Below are positions 30,173 to 39,958 of a stretch of 64,000 nt of DNA, piece by piece. The position numbers and the translations under genes were made by a program. Numbering within the stretch: the stretch's first letter is position 1; every line of letters begins with the position of its first letter. This DNA comes from an uncultured Atopobium sp. (GTDB taxonomy: Bacteria; Actinomycetota; Coriobacteriia; Coriobacteriales; Atopobiaceae). Below the pieces are notes generated by a model, which saw only the letters and a list, made by a program, of their open reading frames with translations, was not told the origin of the DNA and ran no database searches. Location: positions 18,549 through 82,548 of the forward strand of contig CAMXVQ010000002.1 in the NCBI GenBank assembly GCA_947252455.1, written 5' to 3'.

Positions 30173-31027
30173 CTAGCCTTTAGTGGTTTGTAACTCACGT
30201 GCTCCAATATAGGACATATCCGAACGAACTAGATTATAGTTGTTTAGAACCCTATACGAAAGGGTTAGTTTATCGTTACTGTTAACGTTAAGTTCCTCTG
30301 GTAAGCTTAAACAAAGGCTGGTGCATGCATGTTGATATGGCTGAGGCTCTACATACGCAAAGGACAAAAAACTTCTCCACATAAGACGTGCATACCGTGC
30401 AGGTACAAACAGCAAATACCAAGATTGGCTCGGATGAAGACACAAACATGTTATATGACCATCAAGTGAGATAGCAAAAACGCTCCCATTCTCAAAAACA
30501 GCACTATCATGGTCTATATAATCAAGCAAAAGTTGGTCTGCCGCACTTCCATAAAGTGCAATTGGCACAAGTTTTTCGTCATAAGTTGCTATACGTACGT
30601 GAGCAAATGGCTCGTAGGTATCCTGTTTTATATGTTGCACAAAATCCATCCACATGCTAAGCGTTTGCGCGCGAGAACTGGTATCAAGAATAACGTATTC
30701 ATTATCTCCACTATGTGCTATATAAGGATACGAAATAACGCTACCGTCACCCGATAAAACACAGGATAGGCGTGTATCCCCTATTCCAGCATGATCTGTT
30801 GCACTCAACATACTTATGTACGCCTGCGCATCCACGCCAGAAATTACACGATAAAAGACGCCAGACATATCTGCTATACAGCACTCGTGATCTGCAAGAT
30901 CTTTGCTATCTGCTGCATCAGAAGATTGCTGAGGGTAGGACGTAACATGCTCAGTACCACCCTCATCGAGGGTAAAATTTGCACCTAATATCACGTGTTC
31001 GTCGTAAAGAATTCCATGATGGGTCAT
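30173..31027 (-). CDS. hypothetical protein with a GcvT/YgfZ-like folate-binding (aminomethyltransferase-fold) pattern
   Basis: 284 aa. I see only weak pattern similarity to the GCV_T domain (ISGVDAQAYISMLSATD). Confidence in the function is low. Confidence 0.45.
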   Translation of the reverse strand: MTHHGILYDEHVILGANFTLDEGGTEHVTSYPQQSSDAADSKDLADHECCIADMSGVFYRVISGVDAQAYISMLSATDHAGIGDTRLSCVLSGDGSVISYPYIAHSGDNEYVILDTSSRAQTLSMWMDFVQHIKQDTYEPFAHVRIATYDEKLVPIALYGSAADQLLLDYIDHDSAVFENGSVFAISLDGHITCLCLHPSQSWYLLFVPARYARLMWRSFLSFAYVEPQPYQHACTSLCLSLPEELNVNSNDKLTLSYRVLNNYNLVRSDMSYIGARELQTTKG

Positions 31028-31036
31028 ACTGTGTCC

Positions 31037-31807
31037 TTAATGTTTACTTTTTATAATTTTTAGACCTTGCGTTATGTAAGTTATTGCAGTTACTGAAGAA
31101 AAAACAACGCCAACATATATGAAGAACATACCCAACGGTACACTTTGAGCGTCAATTCCTGGCATAAATTCTAGGTTATAAAGTCCAAGTCCGTGAACGT
31201 ACGGCAAACCAAACAGCGCGTCGCAAAACCCAAACATTAAACACGCAGTAGCAATTTTACCGATGTAAATTACATCAAGTGGTCGACGCTGGTAACGCTG
31301 CAGAATAAGCGCCCCACAGGCCATAATGGTATCTCTTAAAATCACAAAAACAGCTATCCAAACTGGTATTTCTCCTGTTATTACAAGGCCTAAAACGCCC
31401 GTGGCAAGCAATACCCTATCCATAATGGGATCCATGATTTTACCCAACCAACTCACCGTTTGCGTTCTACGCGCAACTTGTCCGTCTAAAAAATCAGTAA
31501 CCGCAGCAATCATATAACACATGAAAGCAAGAATTCTGTTGGTGCGAGAAATAAAGAGAACTAAAAAAATAAAGGTAAGAATGAGCCTACAAAAAGTTAT
31601 ACCATTAGCCACCGTATAAATTTGGTATGAAGGGTTAGATGAAGTACCAACCGGTGCGGTAGAGTCTTCGGCAACCATATAGTTTTTAACGGTAGACTTT
31701 GCGTGCTCTTTTGTAGTATGAGCTTGTGCTTTTATAGCATGCGCCGAGTGCGCAGCTTTATCCTTCAAATAGGACGAAATCTGTTGATTGTCTAAACCAG
31801 CCTTCAT
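31037..31807 (-). CDS. CDP-alcohol phosphatidyltransferase-family enzyme (PgsA-like)
   Basis: Contains the motif DFLDGQVARR...G...G...D. A roughly 60-aa soluble N-terminal extension precedes the TM region. Confidence 0.75.
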   Translation of the reverse strand: MKAGLDNQQISSYLKDKAAHSAHAIKAQAHTTKEHAKSTVKNYMVAEDSTAPVGTSSNPSYQIYTVANGITFCRLILTFIFLVLFISRTNRILAFMCYMIAAVTDFLDGQVARRTQTVSWLGKIMDPIMDRVLLATGVLGLVITGEIPVWIAVFVILRDTIMACGALILQRYQRRPLDVIYIGKIATACLMFGFCDALFGLPYVHGLGLYNLEFMPGIDAQSVPLGMFFIYVGVVFSSVTAITYITQGLKIIKSKH

Positions 31808-31939
31808 AAACGATATCCTTTACGATTTAATACTAGTCTCTATTATAACCTAGATGAATAGGTCTATGAATTTACAGTACAGATTTCTATTATTCTTTGC
31901 GAAGCTTACCACAATTTGTTACCATGGTTAAAGCTACGC

Positions 31940-32014
31940 GGGCGATTGGCTCAGGGGTAGAGCACTTCCTTCACACGGAAGGGGTCGTGGGTTCAAATCC
32001 CGCATCGCCCACCA
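31940..32014 (+). tRNA. tRNA-Val (anticodon CAC)
   Basis: I folded the cloverleaf by hand. The acceptor GGGCGAT/ATCGCCC pairs perfectly. D stem GCTC/GAGC, anticodon stem CTTCC/GGAAG with loop TTCACAC, T arm GTGGG TTCAAAT CCCGC, and an encoded CCA. Confidence 0.9.
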
Positions 32015-32187
32015 CTTTTTTCCTTCCTTTTTACCCAGGTAAACATACTTATTTACATGATAGCAAAATAACACCCGACCCATTTTTGTCCCATGATATT
32101 AAGGAATGACTACGTAAAGATATAGGAAAACTTACTTTTATTGCAAAATAATTGCATAAATTACGTGGTTCAAAACCAGTAGAAAAA

Positions 32188-32226
32188 ATGGGTTTCGCTT
32201 ATACCAGCAAAACCCATTATTTTGTT
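32188..32226. terminator. bidirectional rho-independent terminator
   Basis: A perfect 8-bp stem, ATGGGTTT...AAACCCAT. It is flanked by AGAAAAAA upstream and TATTTTGTT downstream on the plus strand, about 90 nt downstream of the MIP gene stop on the minus strand. Confidence 0.5.
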
Positions 32227-32308
32227 CTCTGCAAGATGAAACACTTGTACAAATATCTCGGCATGAGAGGAGCTTTGAACAGTCTTTTCATCAGCATGAA
32301 ATCAGTAT

Positions 32309-33028
32309 TTAGAGCAACATTAAAAGACTGTGATATAAAAACGCACCAAGCGTTGCACCCATAAGTGGTCCAACTACAGGGATCCATGAATATTCCCAAT
32401 GTGAAGTACCTTTGTTGGGAATGGGCAGAAGTGAATGCATAATACGAGGCCCTAAATCGCGCGCTGGATTCATAGCATATCCTGTTGTTGAACCCAAACA
32501 CAATCCAATAACTAGAATGAGAATACCTATGACAATTGGTCCAAGTCCATGTTCAAGACGATTAGGCCCAAGACACAAAACACCAATAATAAGCACCGAT
32601 GTAGATAATACCTCGCCAAATAAATTAGAAGGCGTGTGACGAATAGCAGGCGCTGTACAAAAACATGAAAGAATAGCATCTTGATTTGTGGTTTGCTTCC
32701 AGTGAGGATAAAAATGGAGCCATACGCATACATTGGCGCACATAGCACCCAGAAATTGTGCCAAGATAAAAGAAGGAACCTGCTCCCATGAAATCTCCCC
32801 TACGTATGCAAGTGCAACACTAACAGCAGGATTTAAATGTGCTGGTCCAAAAATTCCTGCAACATATACCGCAAGTGTAATTGCCATCGCCCAACCAGTA
32901 GCTGTTTGCATCCAGCCAGTGCCATATGATTTTGTTTGCTTTAATTCAACAGAACAAATAACGCCCTCTCCTAAAAGCATCATAATAAATGTTCCTAAAA
33001 ACTCACCTATCATAGGTAGCGTAATCAC
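32309..33028 (-). CDS. MIP-family channel (aquaporin/glycerol facilitator)
   Basis: 239 aa with six TM helices and two NPA boxes (HLNPAVS, AMNPARD). Confidence 0.85.
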   Translation of the reverse strand: MITLPMIGEFLGTFIMMLLGEGVICSVELKQTKSYGTGWMQTATGWAMAITLAVYVAGIFGPAHLNPAVSVALAYVGEISWEQVPSFILAQFLGAMCANVCVWLHFYPHWKQTTNQDAILSCFCTAPAIRHTPSNLFGEVLSTSVLIIGVLCLGPNRLEHGLGPIVIGILILVIGLCLGSTTGYAMNPARDLGPRIMHSLLPIPNKGTSHWEYSWIPVVGPLMGATLGAFLYHSLLMLL

Positions 33029-33207
33029 GAATAATCGCCTTCTTTCCTAAGGGGAAACGATATGTCCCACATGTTTGACAAACGGTAAAATTATACGTGA
33101 AAAAACTTGGTTTTGACCGAAATGTATGCAAAATAGAACCGCTTCACTAGGTATACAAAAAATTTGGTATAGAACTAGGTAATGTAGGCTGTAAATTCCA
33201 AAATAAT

Positions 33208-33282
33208 GGTGGAGAATACGGGGTTCGAACCCGTGACCTCATGGCTGCCAGCCATGCGCTCTCCCAACTGAGCTAATTCCCC
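33208..33282 (-). tRNA. tRNA-Ala (anticodon GGC)
   Basis: The reverse complement folds as GGGGAAT TA GCTC AGTTGGGA GAGC G CATGG CTGGCAG CCATG AGGTC ACGGG TTCGAAC CCCGT ATTCTCC A CCA. It has the G3:U70 Ala identity pair. Confidence 0.9.
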
Positions 33283-33479
33283 ATTACGGTCATCAAGACC
33301 TATTAATAATATCAAAACTTATAATTTCGTCAACGCAGAATTTTTATGCTTCAAAAATTATGCTATTTCTTCACGAGCGCCAACTCTGCAAACAGATCGT
33401 ATGATCGACAGAGGCAACGCACCAAAAAGCCTATAAACGCACTATAACAAGCACTCACCAAAAGCTGGTGCTAAGAAAA

Positions 33480-33504
33480 AACCCAACAGGCTTTCTGTTG
33501 GGTT
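33480..33504 (-). terminator. rho-independent terminator 3' of tRNA-Met
   Basis: A perfect 10-bp stem, AACCCAACAG / CTGTTGGGTT, followed on the minus strand by TTTTTTCTT. Confidence 0.55.
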
Positions 33505-33515
33505 ATATGTCTTAT

Positions 33516-33591
33516 GGTGGGCCCAGTAGGACTTGAACCTACAACCAAAGGATTATGAGTCCTCTGCGCTAACCGATTGCGCTATAGGCCC
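33516..33591 (-). tRNA. tRNA with CAT anticodon (elongator Met or lysidine-modified Ile2)
   Basis: The reverse complement is GGGCCTATAGCGCAATCGGTTAGCGCAGAGGACTCATAATCCTTTGGTTGTAGGTTCAAGTCCTACTGGGCCCACCA. It has a G1:C72 pair and no three-GC anticodon stem, so it is not an initiator. Confidence 0.85.
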
Positions 33592-33791
33592 GTAAATACT
33601 GCAGCAAAATCATTGCAAGTACGTTAGTAGAATACGCAAGAAAGCTCATTTTGGCAAGCATCAAATTAAAAATAGCTACGACTCTACGTAATTCACACGG
33701 GTTAAACAAGCAATTAAACAAGGCAAGTTAAACGCTATGCAGAGCGTTTAAACGCTCCAATAACGCATATACAGCCATTAGACACCTATAC

Positions 33792-35501
33792 CTATGCCTG
33801 CAATCCTTGACGCTGAGGCACGATCTCATGCACAAGATGGTCAACAACCTCATCTACAGGCACTTCTGTGCGCTCACCCGTAGCGCGGTTTTTAACCTCA
33901 ACACACGCATGTGCAAGAGCCTTTTTACCACAAACAATCTGATACGGAAAGCCCATAAGATCGGCGTCATTAAACTTGATACCGGGTCGCTCTCCTCTAT
34001 CGTCTACGATAACTTCAATACCTGCTTTAATAAGACCTTCAGCCAAACGCTGCGCCACAGGCCATACCGTTTCATCGTGAACATCTAGCGGAATAACAGC
34101 TACTTCATAAGGAGCAACAGATACAGGCCAAATAATACCGTGCTCATCGTGTGACTGCTCTACAACCGCTGCAAGTGTTCTGGAAACACCAATACCATAG
34201 CAACCCATGATAAAAGGCTTTTCGGTACCGTCTTCATCCATAAAGGTTGCACCCATAGCCTTTGAATATTTGGTTCCAAGTTGGAAGACTTGAGAAATTT
34301 CAATACCACGTGCTGATTTAAGAGCAGCAGAACAACAAGGACAGCTATCCCCAGCTTCGGTAACAATGAGGTCTTGCCACTCGTTAATAGAAAAATCTTT
34401 TCCAAGACAAGCATGACGAAGGTGATAATCTACTTCGTTAGCACCACAAATCCATTGACTGAGATCCTTCAAAGACGAATCAGCCACTACATGAATTCCT
34501 TGAGGCAAGCCAACAGGTCCAATGAAACCCTTATGCAGCCCAAACTGTACAAGCTCTTCATCGCTCATCATGTGATAATCACCAAAAAGATGACTTGCTT
34601 TTACTTCGTTAAGACTACGATTACCCGGAACAAAAACTACAACCGGGTTACCTGCTTCATCAACAAGCGCAAGAGCTTTGCGCGTGAGACGAACATCAAC
34701 CTGCAAAAATTGTGCTAGATCTTCAATAGTTTGACATGCAGGTGTTTTGATTTTTTCGCACGCGGCAACCTCATCGTCTAATACGTCTATTTTGCCAACT
34801 GCTGCTTCGGTATCTGCGGCATAATCACACGCGTCACAATAGATAAGCTCGGCTTCTCCTGCATCTGCCAAAGCCATAAATTCAACAGATGTATCGCCGC
34901 CTATTTGGCCAGAATCGGCAACCACTGGCACGGCACGCAAACCGCAACGACGAGCAATTGTTGCATAGGCATCTTTTTCTTGCTCATAACATTCATGCAA
35001 AGATTCCTGATTGGCGCAAAATGAATAACCATCTTTCATGATAAACTCGCGACCTCGCATCAAACCAAAACGCGGACGACGCTCGTCTCTAAATTTGTCT
35101 TGAATATGATAAAGCGTAACAGGCAAATCCTTATAGCTTTTAAGTTCATTACGAATAAGATCGGTAAACGTTTCCTCATGAGTAGGACCAAGCGCATACT
35201 CATGGTCGTGCCTATCGGTAAGACGCATAAGCTCTGGACCGTATGCACCCCAACGACCACTTTGATGCCACAATTCAGCATCGGTTAAAATAGGAGCAAG
35301 CATTTCCTGAGCGTCAATTGCTTCCATCTCTTCACGAATAATGGATTCAATTTTTTGTATTGAACGCCATGCTAAAGGCAAATACGAATATAAACCTGCA
35401 GCAGCTTTGCGTATCATACCAGCTCGTACAAGTAATTTATGAGAGGCAATATCGGCATCAGTTGGGTCTTCCTTAAGAGTTGGTGCATAAAGTTTTGACA
35501 T
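33792..35501 (-). CDS. proS: proline--tRNA ligase
   Basis: Class II synthetase motifs with an INS editing domain. I set the start at the ATG at 35501 (MSKLYAPTLKEDP). The 55-codon upstream extension in the ORF track is not supported. Confidence 0.92.
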   Translation of the reverse strand: MSKLYAPTLKEDPTDADIASHKLLVRAGMIRKAAAGLYSYLPLAWRSIQKIESIIREEMEAIDAQEMLAPILTDAELWHQSGRWGAYGPELMRLTDRHDHEYALGPTHEETFTDLIRNELKSYKDLPVTLYHIQDKFRDERRPRFGLMRGREFIMKDGYSFCANQESLHECYEQEKDAYATIARRCGLRAVPVVADSGQIGGDTSVEFMALADAGEAELIYCDACDYAADTEAAVGKIDVLDDEVAACEKIKTPACQTIEDLAQFLQVDVRLTRKALALVDEAGNPVVVFVPGNRSLNEVKASHLFGDYHMMSDEELVQFGLHKGFIGPVGLPQGIHVVADSSLKDLSQWICGANEVDYHLRHACLGKDFSINEWQDLIVTEAGDSCPCCSAALKSARGIEISQVFQLGTKYSKAMGATFMDEDGTEKPFIMGCYGIGVSRTLAAVVEQSHDEHGIIWPVSVAPYEVAVIPLDVHDETVWPVAQRLAEGLIKAGIEVIVDDRGERPGIKFNDADLMGFPYQIVCGKKALAHACVEVKNRATGERTEVPVDEVVDHLVHEIVPQRQGLQA

Positions 35502-35763
35502 TCTTGCATAGCGTTTCAAGATAAATCCTTTCGCTACAGGTATATAACAGTGTTTAATTATACAAAGAAAAACACGAACGAGCATGGTGACAATGCGTAC
35601 AAGTGCATAACTTACAAAAATATCTCCTTTAGGAGTTAGCACGAGAATCTTTAAACCACGTACCATACCTAAGAAATAAACTAACCTGAAAAGAGAATAT
35701 AATTATAAACAGTCGCCTGCTTAAAAACTTACCTAGATAGTATCTTGCATTATTAATAAATCA

Positions 35764-36108
35764 CTATGGTTGTTGACTTTTAAACACCAACGCAAACATA
35801 CTTATAAGTGACCAAATAAATAATATCCACGAGATAATAAAAGCGATTAGAATATACTCACTCGAAATAGTTAAACCTAAAAAATTGATACCATACACAC
35901 ACATAAGCAAACTGGTAGCTGCCATAGTCTTTGCCTCAGCAATAGCATACGGCCTTACATCTATTTTATCTCTCTCTTCCTTAAGCATGGTATTATAACC
36001 TGAAATCAGCATTAACCACTTATTTCTAAACAGCTGAATGGATATAATAAGAAAAGAAATTGAGAATGAAAAGAAGACTAATGTTTCCATTGCACTCCTA
36101 AAATACAC
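35764..36108 (-). CDS. small integral membrane protein (3 predicted TM helices), unknown function
   Basis: 114-aa ORF with strongly hydrophobic segments. No family assigned. Confidence 0.35.
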   Translation of the reverse strand: MYFRSAMETLVFFSFSISFLIISIQLFRNKWLMLISGYNTMLKEERDKIDVRPYAIAEAKTMAATSLLMCVYGINFLGLTISSEYILIAFIISWILFIWSLISMFALVFKSQQP

Positions 36109-36184
36109 AATGATTTTCTGTCTGTCTTACGATGCGGAAAGCTTATGATCCTTTAACGATTCTTTTTAAATCATACACCTAACT

Positions 36185-37312
36185 TTAGATATCTTTTGAC
36201 ACGTCATAACCATAACGATCCTGAATCTCTTTAAAGAGTTCGGATACAATGTTTTCGGCAGCAACACTGCGAATTGGTTTACCGTTTTGAAAGAGCACAC
36301 CTTTGTCTTTTCCGCAGGCAACACCAATATCAGCATCACGCGCTTCTCCAGGACCGTTAACTGCACATCCCATAACTGCAACCGAAATAGGAGCCTTTAA
36401 TTTAGCGAGTCGCTCGGATACAACGTTAGCCATTTCAATTAAATTGACCTGGCAGCGCCCACACGTAGGGCAACTTACCATTTCTGGAGTTAGTCGCCTC
36501 ATGCCAAGAGAGGACAATAAATCCCATGCAACGTATACTTCCTCCACAGGATCTGCAGTTAAGGAAAGGCGAATTGTATCGCCGATACCTTGTTCAAGAA
36601 GAATACCTACACCCACACAATTTTTTACGGTACCCTGCCTTAAGCCTCCGGCTTCGGTAACTCCAACATGTAAAGGTATATCTGGCAACGCTTGCGACAA
36701 GTTTCGATAGGTTTCAAGCGTAGTGGGAACAGAGTGAGCCTTAGCGGACAAAACAATGTCATTAAATCCACGGTCTCTAAAATGCTCAACATATCCAGTA
36801 GCAGAGGCAATCATTTTTTGAGAAAGCGTTAAATCATCGCGCACGTCAAATTTGCGATCCAAAGAGCCTGCATTAACACCAATACGAATGGGAATATGGG
36901 CCTGCTTTGCAGCGTCTATAACCTTATCAACTTTTTCCATAGAACCAATATTTCCCGGATTGATACGTAGTGCAGATGCCCCACGTTGTGCTGCCTCGAT
37001 AGCTAAACGATAATCAAAATGTATGTCAGCAATAACAGGAAGCGGACTTTTGCGACAAATTTCTTCAAAGCCATCTAGATCACTTTTAAGCGGAATTGCA
37101 ACACGAATAAGTTCGCAACCAGCATTCATAAGTTTGTTAATTTGTTCAAGTGTTGCAGCAGCATCTGAGGTCTTAGTTGTACACATCGACTGCACAGATA
37201 CGGGTGCTCCCCCACCCACTGCAACATCTCCCACAAAAACCTGATGTGTTTTAGAACGAGCTTTCACTATACTATCTTTCTGTTGTAACCAAATTTTTAA
37301 TGCACGCAGCAA
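36185..37312 (-). CDS. ispG: 4-hydroxy-3-methylbut-2-enyl diphosphate synthase (flavodoxin)
   Basis: GcpE signature (VGDVAVGGGAPVSVQSM) and a C-terminal 4Fe-4S Cys cluster (CPTCGRC). Confidence 0.9.
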   Translation of the reverse strand: MLRALKIWLQQKDSIVKARSKTHQVFVGDVAVGGGAPVSVQSMCTTKTSDAAATLEQINKLMNAGCELIRVAIPLKSDLDGFEEICRKSPLPVIADIHFDYRLAIEAAQRGASALRINPGNIGSMEKVDKVIDAAKQAHIPIRIGVNAGSLDRKFDVRDDLTLSQKMIASATGYVEHFRDRGFNDIVLSAKAHSVPTTLETYRNLSQALPDIPLHVGVTEAGGLRQGTVKNCVGVGILLEQGIGDTIRLSLTADPVEEVYVAWDLLSSLGMRRLTPEMVSCPTCGRCQVNLIEMANVVSERLAKLKAPISVAVMGCAVNGPGEARDADIGVACGKDKGVLFQNGKPIRSVAAENIVSELFKEIQDRYGYDVSKDI

Positions 37313-37362
37313 CAGCGCCTCTTAGATGACTTATTGTTTTAAACAGAAGCCATATCGTTTTA

Positions 37363-38730
37363 TTACCCCTGAATAAGAGCTGCTATATCATTTCGCAGCG
37401 CAAAAACAAAAAGCAACAAAAAGAGCGCAATTCCAATGTAGGTAACAAACGTTTGAATCTTAAGTGGTACGGGCTTTCTAATAACTACGCCAATGATTTC
37501 AAAGAGCGCCTTACCACCATCTAAAGGAGGTATGGGCAAAAGATTCATACAACCAAGTGACATCGAAATCATAGCAGCAAGCATGAAAAACTGTTGAGCG
37601 CCCTCTTCTGCTGCACGGGCAGCCATCGTTGAGATTCCCACCACGCTTGAACTTTGTTGCACAGTTTGTAGTGCATATTGAGGCATAATCAGTCTACACA
37701 CAAATTGGGTAACCTGAACCGTATACGCAGTAGCAAACTGCAAAGATTGCCCAATGCTTGGATACACTACTTTTGTTTGGGCATGAATACCAAAAAGCTC
37801 ATGAGGCTCAAGATGAGAAAAATCAACTGTTGAGCTGAACTGTTGCTCATCGTGCACATACTTCATTTCAAACGTGGCGCGGTCTTTCATTTTATCCGAC
37901 AAAACGCGAACAATATCGGACCATGAGTGTACGAACTCGCCATCAAGTGCCACAATTTTGTCACCAGTAGATAAACCAGCATTTTGTGCAAGAGAATTTG
38001 CCTCAACACTACCTAAGACATTGGAATCAACCGTAGTAGTCACGCCTGCTAAGCTCAGTGTGGCAACAAGAACCACAAACGCAAATACAATATTTACGCA
38101 TGGCCCTGCTGCAAGCGCTATAAAGCGTTTTATAAAACTTTTACCCGTATACGTGCGCGCTTTTTCACTTAGAAAAAATTGATGAGAATCAGAAAGCGTA
38201 TAAGCACTACCAGCAGGTTTTACCTTCTCGGGCAAAAAATGATGCCCTGTATCAAAAAGCGTTAACATCTGATCGTCACGTGCAACAGTGGTATATATAA
38301 TGTCTTGTTCACTATCACCAGAATCGCTCGTCGCTTTTTGTATCGAAGCCCAATCGGCCAACACGGCTAAAAGCTCATGCGCATACGCAGTGCTACATCC
38401 AAGTGCCTCGGCACATGCGCCGGCTGTTGTGCGTCCTTGTGTATAAACAAAGGTAAGACACTGCTCTAACAGTTCATCATCAACATGCGCCATGCCGCAG
38501 ATACGTGTATATCCACCAAGCAACAAAGGAGTAATGCCAATCTCGGTTCCCCATCGTTTGAGCTTATAGGACCATCTATATTTACAGGGCATGCCGATAA
38601 AAAATTCGGTCACGCGCATCCCAAACAGGCGAGCAGCAATAAAATGCCCTGCTTCGTGAATAGCCACAAGAAACGACAAGACAACTGCTCCCCAGAATAT
38701 AGGCAGTATAATTTGAAGGACTAACGTCAT
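37363..38730 (-). CDS. rseP: RIP zinc metalloprotease RseP (site-2 protease)
   Basis: HEAGHF (HExxH) in TM1, a PDZ domain, and the LDG motif (LLPIPPLDGG). Confidence 0.85.
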   Translation of the reverse strand: MTLVLQIILPIFWGAVVLSFLVAIHEAGHFIAARLFGMRVTEFFIGMPCKYRWSYKLKRWGTEIGITPLLLGGYTRICGMAHVDDELLEQCLTFVYTQGRTTAGACAEALGCSTAYAHELLAVLADWASIQKATSDSGDSEQDIIYTTVARDDQMLTLFDTGHHFLPEKVKPAGSAYTLSDSHQFFLSEKARTYTGKSFIKRFIALAAGPCVNIVFAFVVLVATLSLAGVTTTVDSNVLGSVEANSLAQNAGLSTGDKIVALDGEFVHSWSDIVRVLSDKMKDRATFEMKYVHDEQQFSSTVDFSHLEPHELFGIHAQTKVVYPSIGQSLQFATAYTVQVTQFVCRLIMPQYALQTVQQSSSVVGISTMAARAAEEGAQQFFMLAAMISMSLGCMNLLPIPPLDGGKALFEIIGVVIRKPVPLKIQTFVTYIGIALFLLLFVFALRNDIAALIQG

Positions 38731-38743
38731 ACATTCTCCGAAA

Positions 38744-39958
38744 CTAAGATAGATAAGTTTGTGCGCACATACGTGCCTGCGTGTCTACTTCGCGAAGTTG
38801 TTCAAGCGATTCAACGGGTGCAGGCTCACATTTTTGCATCGTTTGGGCAACAATACGTTCGATATCTAAAAATGAACAGCAACCTTCTCTAAATGCTTTA
38901 TTAGCTACCTCATTTGCAGCATTCATAATACATGGCATGGTTCCACCCGTTTTACCTGCTTGTAATGCAAGTTTTAGGCAACCAAACGTTGTGGTGTCAG
39001 GAGCCGCAAAACTAAGATCAGAAATAGTTCGCCAGTCGGGTAACTTTGTTGATGGCGTATCCCAACGATTAGGATAGCTGAGCGCATATTGAATGGGAAT
39101 ACGCATATCAGAAGGTCCAAGCTGCGCCTTTGTTGTACCATCTTTAAATTGAACCATAGAATGAATCATGCTTTGTCGGTGAATGACAACATGAATGTCA
39201 TCAATTGGCAGTTCAAACAGACGTGTCGCCTCTAAGACTTCTAATCCTTTATTCATAAGTGTTGCCGAGTCAATCGTAATTTTTGAACCCATTTTCCACG
39301 TAGGGTGACGAAGTGCATCGGCGGCAGTAACGCTGCCAAGTTCATCACGCGTTTTAGCGTAAAACGGTCCCCCTGAACAGGTAAGCCAGATATCACTGAG
39401 CTCACGTAAAGACTCGCCTTGAAGACATTGAAAAATTGCACTGTGTTCGGAATCAACTGGGATAAGCTTCCCAGGTTTAACAAGCGGCATAATGAGATCG
39501 CCAGCCACAACAAGCGATTCCTTATTAGCATAAGCAAGTGTCTTACCGCATTTGAGCGCGTGATAACCCACTTCCATGCCTGCAGCTCCAACAATGGCAC
39601 ACACAACAAGATCAATGTCGTCTCTTTGAACAATATCAAGGAGTGCTTGAGAACCAAATTTGCACGAGCACGTGGCAGGAAGATTATCCAGGATGGCATC
39701 ATCTTTATGTGTTACATCAACTACGACAACGTGCTGTGCGCCACATGTACGCGCCGCTTTAACAAGCGCGTCGCACGAATTGTAAACAGAGAGCGCAACG
39801 ACATCAATCTTATCGCGGTGTTGGAGACATACATCAAGCGTTTGAGTGCCAATTGAACCCGATGAGCCTAAAATTGCCACACGCAAACGTTTATGAGCAT
39901 ATTCATCAGATGAAGATGAATCAAACTGCTGAGAAGAATTTGTAGTAAATAAACTCAT
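38744..39958 (-). CDS. dxr: 1-deoxy-D-xylulose 5-phosphate reductoisomerase
   Basis: NADPH-binding motif GSSGSIG and Dxr similarity throughout. The start is the ATG at 39958, overlapping the cdsA stop (ATGA). Confidence 0.9.
   Translation of the reverse strand: MSLFTTNSSQQFDSSSSDEYAHKRLRVAILGSSGSIGTQTLDVCLQHRDKIDVVALSVYNSCDALVKAARTCGAQHVVVVDVTHKDDAILDNLPATCSCKFGSQALLDIVQRDDIDLVVCAIVGAAGMEVGYHALKCGKTLAYANKESLVVAGDLIMPLVKPGKLIPVDSEHSAIFQCLQGESLRELSDIWLTCSGGPFYAKTRDELGSVTAADALRHPTWKMGSKITIDSATLMNKGLEVLEATRLFELPIDDIHVVIHRQSMIHSMVQFKDGTTKAQLGPSDMRIPIQYALSYPNRWDTPSTKLPDWRTISDLSFAAPDTTTFGCLKLALQAGKTGGTMPCIMNAANEVANKAFREGCCSFLDIERIVAQTMQKCEPAPVESLEQLREVDTQARMCAQTYLS

Noticed and set aside
32152-32364. 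70-aa plus-strand ORF between tRNA-Val and the MIP gene
   Set aside because: It overlaps a terminator hairpin and the 3' end of the MIP gene. It has no Shine-Dalgarno and no homology.
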